NCBI GenBank assembly: GCA_034670305.1
Contig: JAXMNT010000013.1
Location: forward strand, 87,878 to 151,877
Origin: Deltaproteobacteria bacterium
GTDB lineage: Bacteria > Myxococcota_A > Polyangia > Polyangiales > Houyiibacteriaceae
Reading direction: 5' to 3'
DNA: 64,000 nucleotides
The notes beneath the pieces are model-generated. The model saw only the letters and a list, made by a program, of their open reading frames with translations. It had not been told where the DNA came from and ran no database searches. Within the stretch, counting starts at the first letter, position 1. Every line of letters begins with the position of its first letter. Positions 30,250-40,272 of the stretch are shown in pieces. Made by a program: the position numbers and the translations under genes.

Positions 30250-33200
30250 GGGTGACTCCAGCGGATGTAGGCCGAGAGCCGCCGCCGCACCATGTCGAGC
30301 GCGACGCCTTCTTCCGGCGCTGGATAGAGATGTTCGGTGCGCACGGGACCCCGCTCGAACGGCTCGGTCTCCCGCGCCCGCCGCACCCGTTCGATGGCCC
30401 GAGACAGGTCCGCGGGCGTGAGCGCGGTGAGGAGATCCGCGCCACCGTCCGGCCGCATGAACACCGCCTCGCACGGCAGGAAGTAGGCGTGCGGTCCATT
30501 CAGCAAGTCGCGCGTGAGCGACGTGAGAAAACCGCGTGCCTCCTCGGGATGCAGCGGACCGAAACGGCAGGAGGCGTCTTGAGCGGATTCGCCCCCGAAG
30601 AAGATGAGCCCACGGTGTCCATCGCGGGGCGCCGACTCACTCGCCACGAGCGCGACGTAGTCGAGCAGCGGGCCAAGACCCCGCCGGAGCCGCTCTCGCT
30701 TGAGGGCCACCCCGGGCTCGGCTTCCCGCGGCATCAACACGAGCGACGCCCGCCCCTGATCGACCAGCGTGTGGGTGTGCCCGACGATGCGCACCGTGCG
30801 CCCGTCGATGGTCAGCTCGATGGCCGAACGGACTTCGTCGGCTTCTTCGGCGCGCGGACTCGGACCGAAGCGGACGCGACGAGGCGGCATGGAAGCGCTC
30901 CGAGAAACGCTCTGTCGGTAGAGCCGTGCCCAGCCGCCGAGCATCGCGACGTCGTGGTCCGTGCGCTGCTCCGCCAGGACCCCGAGCGGCCAGCGACCGT
31001 GCGCTTGCAGTGGCCACACTGCGTCGGCGTAGCACTCCCGCGGCTGCCGGCGCTCCCGGAGCGCGCGCTCGAACGACTCCCGCAAACCGGTCGCCGCATC
31101 GAGCGGGTCGGGTCGAAACGGTTCGTCTTCGAGTCCGCGCACCCGCACGTCGGGCACGTCGTCGAGACGGAGCACCGAGCGTGCCCAGCCTTGGAGGGGG
31201 GACTCGAGAAAACGCCGGAGCGACGCCAGACTGACGTCTCGCACGACGGTCTCGTCGGCGGTCCCCGACCGGCCTGTGCGGCCAGGCGCTGTGGGGTCGA
31301 GTGCGGTGTGGCTGGGCATGGGCACGCTCTCGAAGCCCGGCCCAACCCTTGCCAGGCGCAGGTGTGCCGCAAGCGCCGGGCCCGCGTGGCGCTGCAAATC
31401 CGCGACCTGAACATCCCGCCCAAGCGCCGCGCGCCACACCGCGCCCGCTTCCCGCGCGCTCGCTTCCCCCAGCGCTTCGGTCAACGCGCCGTCCGGTCGA
31501 ACGTCTTCGTGCCGGCGGAGCGGAAACGTACGCACGAGCGGCCGGTCGTCTTCCACATACAGCGCGAGCAAGTCGAGCAACTGGCGCACGACCGGGCTCG
31601 GTTCGATGCCGTCGCCGGTCGTCGAGTCGCGCGCGACCCAGGACGCCACGAACCGATCGCGGGCGGACAGCAAGGTCTCGAGGAAGACGTACTTGTCGCG
31701 CTCCGACGGAGTCACGTCGCCGACGCGGCGTTTGCGACTGCGCAGGTCGAGCGGGTCGCGTCGCTCGCGGGTGGGGAATCGTCCTTCGCCCATCCCGAGC
31801 AGGTAGACGTGGCGGAACGGGATCGACCGCATCGGCGCCAGCGCGGACACGACCACGCCGTCGGCCAGGTACTCGCCCCTCGAACCGCCGAGCGCATCGA
31901 GTGCACCCCGAAGCAACTCGGTGGCCACGCGCACGCCCACCGGCAACTCGGGCTCACGGGTGTCGACCGCCGCGTCTCGCGGGTCGGACACGTAGGGATC
32001 GAGCCGCCGCGCGACCTCGAGGCAGCGGTCGAGTTCGCGTTCACCGCGGCTGTCGTCCGCACACAGGTAGGCGCGGAACATCGCCACGAAGAACTTCGAC
32101 CAGTCGCTGAGCGGCAGACGACGGTCGCGGGCGTAACGCGCATCGTTCGCGAGGCTGCGAAGGAGCAGCGCGAGCGTCGGTGTCAGGTCGTCTTCGTCGG
32201 CGTCGAGCGGCAGGTAGCGTTCGCCATCCAGCTCGAATGCGCGTTCGTCGTCCGCGCGTTCGCCCGTCATGAACGCGCCGAGCGTCAGTCGACGCACGCC
32301 TTGGTCCCAGCTCAGCAAATCGTGTTCGAGGTAGGTGCCCTCGTGGTCGCTCTGGTCGAGGCCGTGGAAGATCCCCAGTCGGTCGATGCAGTCGGTCCAG
32401 CGGCCGCGCACGTCCCCGTCCCGTCCGAGCCCGGGAATGCGCAGCGCGGGCTGCGAGAGAAACGAGAGGACGTCCGGTCGGCGGAACCGAGACAACAGCA
32501 ACTCGATGAGCGCGATCGCGCCCTGAGCCACCGTGCTCTCGGTGGCCAGTGGGAGGTCGACCACGTTGTGCGGCAAGGACTGCGCTTCCGCGAACACCGC
32601 CCCGATGTGCGGCAGGTACGTCGCGCGGGCATCGGGGTGCACGAAGACGGCGACGTCGTGAAAACGAAGCGTGTCGTCCGCCCGCACCTCGGCCCAGATC
32701 GACTCCGCAACGATCTCGACTTCTCGACGCACGCTCGGACACGCGAACGCCTCGATGCTTCCGTCGGCCTGCGCGGTCGCCGTTTCGGGGCGCGCCCGCC
32801 GATGGAGGATGTCGTCCTGCACCCGGCTCAGCAGGGTCGGTTCCACCGAGCCGCGGGCCTCGGTCTCCTCGAGCGGCGAAACGAACCGCGCATCGAAGTC
32901 GGCGCCGGTGAGCTCGTTGCACAGATGCACGTGCTCGCGGCCGGGTCGTCCCCACCAGGTCAGCGGTGCTGGGTCGTCGATGTGCGGTGCGACCGCCGGG
33001 TGCACCTCACCGTCGAGGTCTGCGCGGTCCGCCCGCAGCGGCAACCTCGCCCGCACGGACTTCTGGTGGCGCAGCTCCGAAGCGCTCGGCACATCCTCCC
33101 AGAACTCCATGCAGGGGTTGAGGACGTAGAGGTGGAGGTTCGTGGCACGCCCGAGTTCCGCGAACGCCCACAGGAAGACTCGGGCGACGTAGCTGAGTCC

Positions 33201-33842
33201 GAAGACATGCACATGGTCTGGCAGGCGGCCGGGTCTCGTGCCGCGACGCGCGATCCGCGAGAGCGCTTCGGGCAGCGAGAGGGCGGAGCCACGGGTCTCG
33301 AGGATCCGGCGCCACAGCGCCGACTGCCATCGTTCGACTGGATCGTCGGACGCCGCATTCGCGGGACGCGACCAGCGGTCGAGCAGCTCTGGGCGCGAGA
33401 ACGAGTAGCCCTCGAACAGGGTGGCGAGCCGTTGCGCCAGCTGGGCCCGCCGCACATCGACGGCCTCCCATGGGGCGCCCTCCTCACCCAGCTGTGCGGC
33501 CGGCAACGCGTAGTGCGCGAGCGGGCGCACCACCGGGTCCGAGAGCCACGCTTCGTCGAGCAGCGCCCGAAGCACCAGACGCTCCAGCCCGGCGCGCGTG
33601 AGCAGCCGACGGTCGAGTGCCCGCGCGATCCAGCGACCGACGAACCGTTCGAGCCGATGAAAGCGCATGTTGGCGCTCACCCCGACGTGCGCCGTGAGGG
33701 AGAGTTCCAGGTGCCGCTCCATGTTGCGGTTGGGCACCACGACGTGATCGGGCAACAAGGGATCCGTGCGCACCGCTTCGAGCGTCTCGGAGAGCGCGTC
33801 GCGCAGCGCCTCGGTACGGTTCGAATAGACCAACCGGATCAC
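30246..33842 (-). CDS. recC: Exodeoxyribonuclease V gamma subunit
   Basis: N-terminus IRLVYSNRTE.L, LNPC.EFWED, WGRPGRE, PMRSIPF..V.LLGM, FLETLLSAR; GTGA overlap with recB. Confidence 0.92.
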   Translation of the reverse strand: MIRLVYSNRTEALRDALSETLEAVRTDPLLPDHVVVPNRNMERHLELSLTAHVGVSANMRFHRLERFVGRWIARALDRRLLTRAGLERLVLRALLDEAWLSDPVVRPLAHYALPAAQLGEEGAPWEAVDVRRAQLAQRLATLFEGYSFSRPELLDRWSRPANAASDDPVERWQSALWRRILETRGSALSLPEALSRIARRGTRPGRLPDHVHVFGLSYVARVFLWAFAELGRATNLHLYVLNPCMEFWEDVPSASELRHQKSVRARLPLRADRADLDGEVHPAVAPHIDDPAPLTWWGRPGREHVHLCNELTGADFDARFVSPLEETEARGSVEPTLLSRVQDDILHRRARPETATAQADGSIEAFACPSVRREVEIVAESIWAEVRADDTLRFHDVAVFVHPDARATYLPHIGAVFAEAQSLPHNVVDLPLATESTVAQGAIALIELLLSRFRRPDVLSFLSQPALRIPGLGRDGDVRGRWTDCIDRLGIFHGLDQSDHEGTYLEHDLLSWDQGVRRLTLGAFMTGERADDERAFELDGERYLPLDADEDDLTPTLALLLRSLANDARYARDRRLPLSDWSKFFVAMFRAYLCADDSRGERELDRCLEVARRLDPYVSDPRDAAVDTREPELPVGVRVATELLRGALDALGGSRGEYLADGVVVSALAPMRSIPFRHVYLLGMGEGRFPTRERRDPLDLRSRKRRVGDVTPSERDKYVFLETLLSARDRFVASWVARDSTTGDGIEPSPVVRQLLDLLALYVEDDRPLVRTFPLRRHEDVRPDGALTEALGEASAREAGAVWRAALGRDVQVADLQRHAGPALAAHLRLARVGPGFESVPMPSHTALDPTAPGRTGRSGTADETVVRDVSLASLRRFLESPLQGWARSVLRLDDVPDVRVRGLEDEPFRPDPLDAATGLRESFERALRERRQPRECYADAVWPLQAHGRWPLGVLAEQRTDHDVAMLGGWARLYRQSVSRSASMPPRRVRFGPSPRAEEADEVRSAIELTIDGRTVRIVGHTHTLVDQGRASLVLMPREAEPGVALKRERLRRGLGPLLDYVALVASESAPRDGHRGLIFFGGESAQDASCRFGPLHPEEARGFLTSLTRDLLNGPHAYFLPCEAVFMRPDGGADLLTALTPADLSRAIERVRRARETEPFERGPVRTEHLYPAPEEGVALDMVRRRLSAYIRWSHP

Positions 33843-33977
33843 GGCCCACCCTACTTCGTTTCGGTGACCGGGCGCATGCTCGATCGCCCGCCCGTCTCGC
33901 GAAGCGAGCCAGGCCTCGAACAGCGCCAGCGAGCCAGGCCCGTAGCGGCAAGAAATATCGTGTGCTCTAGTTGGAGC

Positions 33978-34730
33978 GTGGCGTCTTCGACCGATCGCAG
34001 CTGGACCATCGCCGTCGTGTCGGCTGGCATCGCGACGTGGGCCGTGGTGGTCGCGGTGCCGGTTTGGGCGGGTGGCGCATCTTTCACGCCATCGCTGGCG
34101 CTCCTGGCGATGCCGCTCCTTCCGTTGTGGCTCGGCGGCTTCCCCGCACCCACCGCCGACCCCACGACCCCGCGACCGCGCTCGTGGCGCGCGCCGACGG
34201 TGTGGTGGTTGGTGGTCTTCCCCGCGACACTCGCGCTCGCTGCGTGGCTCGGCAAGGGGGTGGCCGCCGGTGAGACGTTGACCTTGCCGACGGTGGTGCT
34301 CGGAGCCGTCGCGCTCTTGGTCTTCGGAGGGCTGGCGCTCTCTGCGAGCACCCGCATCGAGCCCGCCGCCTCCGTCAAGTCGGAGACGCTCGGCGTGGTG
34401 TCGGGCGACCCCGCCGGTGCCCGGCGACGTCTCGCGCGCAAAGCGTTGCTCTTCACCGCCGCGATCGGTGCGTTCGCGATCGGCGTGATCGCGCCCTACG
34501 CCGACCGCCCCGCCTGGGTGAAGCACTGGGGAGATGCCGCAGGCGCCGCGAGCGTCTTCGCGGCAGTGGCCGCCGGGGCCATCGCGGTCGTGGTGATGAC
34601 CGGCTTCGCCGGACCCGCGACGCGTCGATCACGCAAACGGGTCACCCGCCGCCGCAGCCGAATCCGTGTCGCCCTGTCGCTCACGGTCGCCGTCACGGGC
34701 TGCGGCGTGTGGCTCTTGATGACGCGCTGA
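33978..34730 (+). CDS. Multi-pass membrane protein, hypothetical
   Basis: About 7 hydrophobic helices in the last 250 aa of the long + ORF; GTG start inferred. Confidence 0.7.
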   Translation: MASSTDRSWTIAVVSAGIATWAVVVAVPVWAGGASFTPSLALLAMPLLPLWLGGFPAPTADPTTPRPRSWRAPTVWWLVVFPATLALAAWLGKGVAAGETLTLPTVVLGAVALLVFGGLALSASTRIEPAASVKSETLGVVSGDPAGARRRLARKALLFTAAIGAFAIGVIAPYADRPAWVKHWGDAAGAASVFAAVAAGAIAVVVMTGFAGPATRRSRKRVTRRRSRIRVALSLTVAVTGCGVWLLMTR

Positions 34731-34818
34731 ACGCGTCCCATCCGAACGCGTCCCATCCGAACGCGTCCCATCCGAACGCGTCCCATCCGAACGCGTCCCA
34801 TCTGAACGCGTCGCATCC
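34729..34818. repeat. 15-bp tandem repeat, 6 copies, between convergent genes
   Basis: gaacgcgtcccatcc unit; last two copies each carry one substitution. Confidence 0.92.
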
Positions 34819-34851
34819 GAACGAACGCGGCAACGTTCGCTGCGGATCCGT

Positions 34852-35898
34852 CTAGACGGAGAGCGGCAGGTGCCGTTTGTCGTCGGTGGCCGCTGGCGTC
34901 GGAGGCAGTGGCGTTCCGTCTTGGGCGCGCCACTCGTCGAAGCTGGAGGCGCGGCGCACACACGCGATCGTGCAGGTGTCCTCGCAGCCCTTCGGCGTGT
35001 GGTACGCGCGTACCAGATCCGCGCGCGTGTACTCGAGGATCTGCAGACCCGGTTCGTTGCGTCGCTGCGAGCAGTACGAGACCACGCCCGCTTCGTCGAC
35101 GTAGAGGTAGCGCGCACCGGCACGGCACTTCCACGGCGCGCGACCGTCGCGGAGCATCTTCTGCTCCCAGCCCTCACCGAACTGGTGGAACACGCTCTTG
35201 TGACAGAGCAGGCGCATCTCTTCGTAGAACTCCGGGAGGATGTCGCCGATGAGCCCGGGGTCGATTTGTCCGACGTGGTCGTGGAGCAGACCCACCGTCA
35301 TGTAGAACCCGAGCGAGCGGATCTCGTCGATGAGCTCGCGGGTCTGCGCGGGTGGCGAACTTCCGAGCACCGCGTTGATGTTCACCTTGAACTTCGCGTG
35401 CTCTTGAAGACCCATGAGGCGCTTCTTGATCTTGCTCCAGCTCTTCTGACTCACATCGTTCGGCTCGATGTTGTCCACCGAGACCTGAAGCAGACTCAGA
35501 CCCGCCTCGTTCATCTGCTCGATGCGCCGCGGCGTGACGCCGTATGCGTTCGAGATCGAGGTGACGATCATGCCGTGGGAGACCGCGCGCGCGACCACCT
35601 CGTGCAGGTCCGGATGCAGGAAGGGTTCGCCGCCGGTGAGCGTGAGAATCAGCGTGCCGAGTTCGGCCAAGTGATCGATGCGATCGAAGAGCACCTGCTT
35701 CGGAACCGGATCGGAGAAGTCGTCGTACTCGTTGCAGTAGCCGCAGCTGAGGTTGCATCGCCGAGTCACGACGAGCTGCGTGAGCAGCGGGCTCTCTTTG
35801 CGGGCCATGGCCAGCGCAGCGCGCTTGAGGGTGGTCGCGGGTTGCGGCGGAAGGGAGCGGAGCAGGTCCGCGCCGGGGAGTCGATCGAGAATGGCCAT
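34852..35898 (-). CDS. Radical SAM enzyme with C-terminal auxiliary Cys cluster (twitch/SPASM-like)
   Basis: CNLSCGYC, TGGEPF, C..G..YLYVD..G...YC, CEDTCTIAC. Confidence 0.9.
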   Translation of the reverse strand: MAILDRLPGADLLRSLPPQPATTLKRAALAMARKESPLLTQLVVTRRCNLSCGYCNEYDDFSDPVPKQVLFDRIDHLAELGTLILTLTGGEPFLHPDLHEVVARAVSHGMIVTSISNAYGVTPRRIEQMNEAGLSLLQVSVDNIEPNDVSQKSWSKIKKRLMGLQEHAKFKVNINAVLGSSPPAQTRELIDEIRSLGFYMTVGLLHDHVGQIDPGLIGDILPEFYEEMRLLCHKSVFHQFGEGWEQKMLRDGRAPWKCRAGARYLYVDEAGVVSYCSQRRNEPGLQILEYTRADLVRAYHTPKGCEDTCTIACVRRASSFDEWRAQDGTPLPPTPAATDDKRHLPLSV

Positions 35899-36230
35899 GG
35901 GGTTCCTGAAGAGACGCGGCATCAAACGGCCGCAGGTCGAGCAGCCATCGCGAGGCAGCATCCGTGCCAGCGCGGTGATGGGTCGTCAAATCGGCCATCT
36001 CGTTACCAACGCGTCACGCTGCGTAACTTTCTGCGACGAAACGCCGCCCCGTCCGCCCCGTACACCCACGCGATGCATGACTTCTTCCAGTTTTCTGGCC
36101 ACTCGATGGCCACTGCAGTAGCCATGCAGGACCCTTCCGCCTCCATTTCCCCCGATCATCCCCACTCGTCCGTCGTGGGCGAAGCCGGTCCGATTCTTGC
36201 TGATTCGGCTGTCCCATGGAGGACCCCTCG

Positions 36231-37184
36231 ATGACTGAACCCCAACATCGGCTCCCTCCGTTCCGATCGCTGCTCAAGTCCACCGAGGTGGAAGACCCGA
36301 TCAACATCCTGGTGCACCGGCCGCTGGCGTACGCGTTCGTGTGGTCGATCTTCAAGACACCCCTCACGCCGAACGGCGTCACCTACCTGGCGATGGTCGC
36401 GGGCGTCGCGGCCGGCGCCTGTTTCTTCGTGGGCACCGCCGCCGCCATGGTGTGGGGCGGCATCCTGCTCTGGACGGCCGCGATTCTGGACGGAGCCGAC
36501 GGCATCCTGGCGCGCGCGAAGAACATGCAGTCGCAGTTCGGCCGCGCGCTGGATGGCGCCGCCGACATCGTCGTGGCGTGCGTCACCGTGTTCCCGGCCT
36601 TCGCCCACATGTACTGGGTGAACCAAGACCCGATGCAGCTCTGGCTGGCGATCCCCGCGGTGGGCCTGACGATCCTGCATCTGCCGATCTACGACTACTA
36701 CAAGGAGTCGTACCTCCGGATGACCCGGCTGGATCGGGGCGGCGAGGGAAGCGACGAAGCGGAGATCACTGCGCTGGCGGAGAAGTCCAAGAGCATGGGC
36801 TTCGTCGCGCACTTCACGATGACGCACGTGCTGCTTCCCTTCGTGCAGACGCAGGGTCGGCTCATCCGACTGCTCAACCCGCGCGCACTTCGCCAGGGCA
36901 TTTCGATCGACCGCGACGATCGGACGGTCGCGATCTACCGCAAGCACAACCTCTGGCCGATGCGGTTGTGGACCATCGTCTCCCTCGCGCCGCACAGCTA
37001 CATGATGGCGATCTGCGCGATGTTCGATCGACTCGACATCTACCTCTGGATCCGCCTGTTTGGCATGAACAGCGTCTTCGTGATCGCGGCCCTCTGGCAG
37101 CGTCGAGCCACCGCCGCGACCCTCGACGAGTTGAACGAACTCGGTGTCGTGCACACTGACGAGCCCGAACTCGCCGCCGCCTGA
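36231..37184 (+). CDS. CDP-alcohol phosphatidyltransferase family protein
   Basis: TPNGVT; signature DGADGILAR..G.ALDGAAD. Confidence 0.92.
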   Translation: MTEPQHRLPPFRSLLKSTEVEDPINILVHRPLAYAFVWSIFKTPLTPNGVTYLAMVAGVAAGACFFVGTAAAMVWGGILLWTAAILDGADGILARAKNMQSQFGRALDGAADIVVACVTVFPAFAHMYWVNQDPMQLWLAIPAVGLTILHLPIYDYYKESYLRMTRLDRGGEGSDEAEITALAEKSKSMGFVAHFTMTHVLLPFVQTQGRLIRLLNPRALRQGISIDRDDRTVAIYRKHNLWPMRLWTIVSLAPHSYMMAICAMFDRLDIYLWIRLFGMNSVFVIAALWQRRATAATLDELNELGVVHTDEPELAAA

Positions 37185-37396
37185 GATCGCACTACCTCTC
37201 GCTTCGGGAAACGCAGCGCAGGCCGCAGGTTGAGCACCCGGCGCGTACATGCCGCGAATCTCGCCCACTGAGCAGCAGTGACCCCGGTGTGAACTCTGGG
37301 ATCCGGTGTGACCCCATCACCACAGAGTAGTGCCTCTGCGGCACGGCACGGCTCGGTTGGATTCCGCTTCCCAACCCCCGGTGGTATAGCTCGGAC

Positions 37397-37900
37397 ATGT
37401 GCACGACACGACTGGGAGCGATGCTCGCGTTCGCATCATTGGGGCTGTTCGCGTGTGGTGACGACCCGCCCGGCGACGTCGAAGGAAACTACTCGTTGAC
37501 CATCACCAACGGCGCGAACGGCTGCATGACGGACAACTGGACGGAGGGCGAGTCGAGCTCTGGTACGCCGTTCGTCGTGACCCGAACCGACGCCTCGACG
37601 GTCGGCGTCGTCGAAGGACTCGCGGGCGTGTTTCTGCAGAGCTACGTCGGCACCAACCGTTTTCAGGGCGCGACGGCCGGCACGCGCATGAACTTGTTGG
37701 CGATCGGTACGACGCCCTACTCGATTCCGGGCTGCGCATTCACGATCGACGCCGAGGTCTCGGCCAACGTGTCCGGCGAGTTTCTCTCGGGCGAGATCGT
37801 CTACACCCCCAACACCGACGGTTCGGTCGCGTGCGGGCTCTTGAACTCCTGTGAGAACGTGCAGACGATCGCCGGGACCCGCCCGCCGCCCGGCTCCTGA
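37397..37900 (+). CDS. Small beta-rich lipoprotein
   Basis: Lipobox LFAC; stop overlaps the P450 start (TGATG); start approximate. Confidence 0.75.
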   Translation: MCTTRLGAMLAFASLGLFACGDDPPGDVEGNYSLTITNGANGCMTDNWTEGESSSGTPFVVTRTDASTVGVVEGLAGVFLQSYVGTNRFQGATAGTRMNLLAIGTTPYSIPGCAFTIDAEVSANVSGEFLSGEIVYTPNTDGSVACGLLNSCENVQTIAGTRPPPGS

Positions 37901-39315
37901 TGAACTGGCTCTCGCCGCTCCCACCCCGTGGTCAAGTTCCCAAGCTCCCGTTCCTCGGCCACGCGGTGGCGATGGCCCGCGACCCACTCCAACTGATCAC
38001 CCGGCTCGGGAGTGAAGGCGACGTCGTCCCGATCCAGCTCGGACGCTTGAAGGGGCATCTGGTCCTCCGGCCGGACCTGGTCGAACAGGTGCTCCGCTCG
38101 CGCATGAAGCTCTACTCCCGCGAGACGCGGGTCTATGTCGCGATGCGGGACTTCCTCGGCCGCGGCATCCTGACGTCCAATGGCGCCCACTGGCGCAAAC
38201 ACCGCCGCATCGTGCAGCCCGCGTTTCACAAACGCCGACTGACCTCGTTCGCGGGCGCAATGACCCGCATCGCGTCGCAACACCTCGACGGATGGCTCGC
38301 GCAGGACGGCCCGTTCGATGTGAGCGACGCCATGATGCATCTGTCGCTCGACATCGTGAGCGAGACGTTGTTCGGACTCACGCGCCAGCAAGACGGCCCC
38401 GCCCATGGGATCCAGACCACCCACAAAGACGCCCGCGCGATCGTCGAGGGGGTCGAAGAAGGCCAGGCGCATGCGCAGCGGGTCATCAGTGGGCTCTTCC
38501 GGATCCCGCTCGATGTGCCGACGCCGGCCAACCGACGGTTCCGCGCGCGCATGCGCCGCCTCGACGCGCTCGCGTACCGATTGATCGCGGACTGCCGGGC
38601 GCACCTCGAGCGTTCGCCCGACGAACCGCACGACCACGTCCTGGCGATGCTGGTCGAAGCCCGCGACGAGACGGGCGCACCGCTGCCCGACCCACAGATC
38701 CGCGACGAGCTGCTGACCCTGTTGTCCGCTGGCCACGAGACCACGTCGAACGCGTTGAGCTGGACGCTTTGGCTGCTCAGCGAGCACCCCTCGGTCGCCC
38801 GCACGCTCCACGCCGAAGTCGACGCAGTGCTCGAGGGCCGAGCGCCGACGATCGAAGACCTCGGCCAGCTGAAGTTCACCCGCGCCGTGATCGACGAATC
38901 CATGCGGCTGCGGCCGCCGGTCTGGTTGACCGGACGGATGGCCATCGAGGACCACGACATCGAAGGCCGCCACATCGCGAAAGACTCCGCGGTGCTCATC
39001 AGTCCGTGGGTCACCCAGCGCTCGCCGGCACTCTGGGACAACCCGCTGGGGTTCGACCCCGAGCGATGGCTCGAGCCGGCCGACCGGCACCCGTTCGCGT
39101 TCTTCCCGTTCGGCGGTGGCGCACGCAAGTGCATCGGAGAGGCGTTCGCGTACCTCGAAGCGACCTTGGTGCTCGCGATGATCGCGCAGCGCATGCGCCT
39201 GGATCTGGTGCCTGGTCATCCCGTGGTTCCGCAGCCGCAGATCACGCTCGGCTTCGAACACGGCCTGCTCATGCAGGCGACGGCACGCACGCCCGCCGCA
39301 CCAGGAACGGTGTAG
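37900..39315 (+). CDS. Cytochrome P450
   Basis: AGHETT, ESMR, FDPERW, FFPFGGGARKCIG. Confidence 0.96.
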   Translation: MNWLSPLPPRGQVPKLPFLGHAVAMARDPLQLITRLGSEGDVVPIQLGRLKGHLVLRPDLVEQVLRSRMKLYSRETRVYVAMRDFLGRGILTSNGAHWRKHRRIVQPAFHKRRLTSFAGAMTRIASQHLDGWLAQDGPFDVSDAMMHLSLDIVSETLFGLTRQQDGPAHGIQTTHKDARAIVEGVEEGQAHAQRVISGLFRIPLDVPTPANRRFRARMRRLDALAYRLIADCRAHLERSPDEPHDHVLAMLVEARDETGAPLPDPQIRDELLTLLSAGHETTSNALSWTLWLLSEHPSVARTLHAEVDAVLEGRAPTIEDLGQLKFTRAVIDESMRLRPPVWLTGRMAIEDHDIEGRHIAKDSAVLISPWVTQRSPALWDNPLGFDPERWLEPADRHPFAFFPFGGGARKCIGEAFAYLEATLVLAMIAQRMRLDLVPGHPVVPQPQITLGFEHGLLMQATARTPAAPGTV

Positions 39316-40005
39316 ATGTCGGACGACAAAGAAGCGCGAATCGTCGCCGCGCGGTTGCGGCTGAAGGAGCGGTTCGAAGCCAAGAGTTTGGCCACCCCTT
39401 CCCAGAGCGACCCGAGGCCCAAAGGAAGTGGCCCGCAGAACCGGCACGGCATGCCGCAGCTTCCACCCGGGCAGGTGATCGCCAAGGGGTGGCCGGTGCT
39501 GGACCTCGGTCGCAAACCGATCGTCCGACCGGAGGACTGGAAGCTCACGATCGACGGCGCCTGCCTGCACCCAACCGAACTCGATTGGGAGACGTTCATG
39601 TCGCTGCCGCAGTCCGACGACGTCAGCGACTTTCATTGCGTGACGACGTGGTCGAAGTTCGACGTGCCGTGGCGCGGCGTCCGGTTCTCCGAACTGATGG
39701 CGCTGGTGTCGCCCGACGATGGCGCCACCCACGCGATGTGCCACGCCTACGACGGGTACACGACGAACGTGTCGCTGGCCGAAGCGATGAAACCCGACGT
39801 GCTGCTCGTCCACCACGCGCTCGGAGAGCCGCTGCCCATCGAACATGGCGGGCCGATCCGCATGATCACCCCGCAGCTCTACGCGTGGAAAGGCGCGAAG
39901 TGGATCTCCCGCATCGAACTGATGACGGAAGACCGCGCTGGATTCTGGGAAGAGCGCGGCTACTCGATGACCGCCCATCCTTGGCGGGACGACCGCTACT
40001 CCTAG
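39316..40005 (+). CDS. Sulfite-oxidase/MsrP-like molybdopterin oxidoreductase (YuiH-like, no signal peptide)
   Basis: LPPGQ, DFHCVTTWS, EHGGP.R...P.LYAWKGAKW, GFWEERGY. Confidence 0.92.
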   Translation: MSDDKEARIVAARLRLKERFEAKSLATPSQSDPRPKGSGPQNRHGMPQLPPGQVIAKGWPVLDLGRKPIVRPEDWKLTIDGACLHPTELDWETFMSLPQSDDVSDFHCVTTWSKFDVPWRGVRFSELMALVSPDDGATHAMCHAYDGYTTNVSLAEAMKPDVLLVHHALGEPLPIEHGGPIRMITPQLYAWKGAKWISRIELMTEDRAGFWEERGYSMTAHPWRDDRYS

Positions 40006-40038
40006 GTTTTGCGGCAACTAGCCAGCGCCACTGCACCC

Positions 40039-40272
40039 GTGACCTCCCACGCCGCCGCCGAGATCCTTTCGATCGCACCGACCGCCGAAGGCCGGGTGCA
40101 CGCCCGATTGCGCCTCGTATGCGGCTGCGTGTTCGAAGGCGCGATCGCTTCAGACCGCGTGCTCGATGTGCATGACGCCCACGGCGGTGCGACTCGAATC
40201 GCCGCCGGCAAGTACCGGTGCCCGCTCGATCATCCGGTCGGGCACCGCGCGACGGCGGACGGGACGCCGTGA
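40039..40272 (+). CDS. Small Cys/His protein, possibly metal-binding
   Basis: LVCGC and YRCPLDH; GTGA overlap with the next gene. Confidence 0.6.
   Translation: MTSHAAAEILSIAPTAEGRVHARLRLVCGCVFEGAIASDRVLDVHDAHGGATRIAAGKYRCPLDHPVGHRATADGTP

Noticed and set aside
34729-34818. Possible CRISPR array
   Set aside because: Head-to-tail 15-mers with no spacers and no cas genes
37189-37333. Retron msr-msd, 6S RNA or cobalamin riboswitch
   Set aside because: No reverse transcriptase nearby and no diagnostic motifs that I could match; kept only as an unassigned structured element
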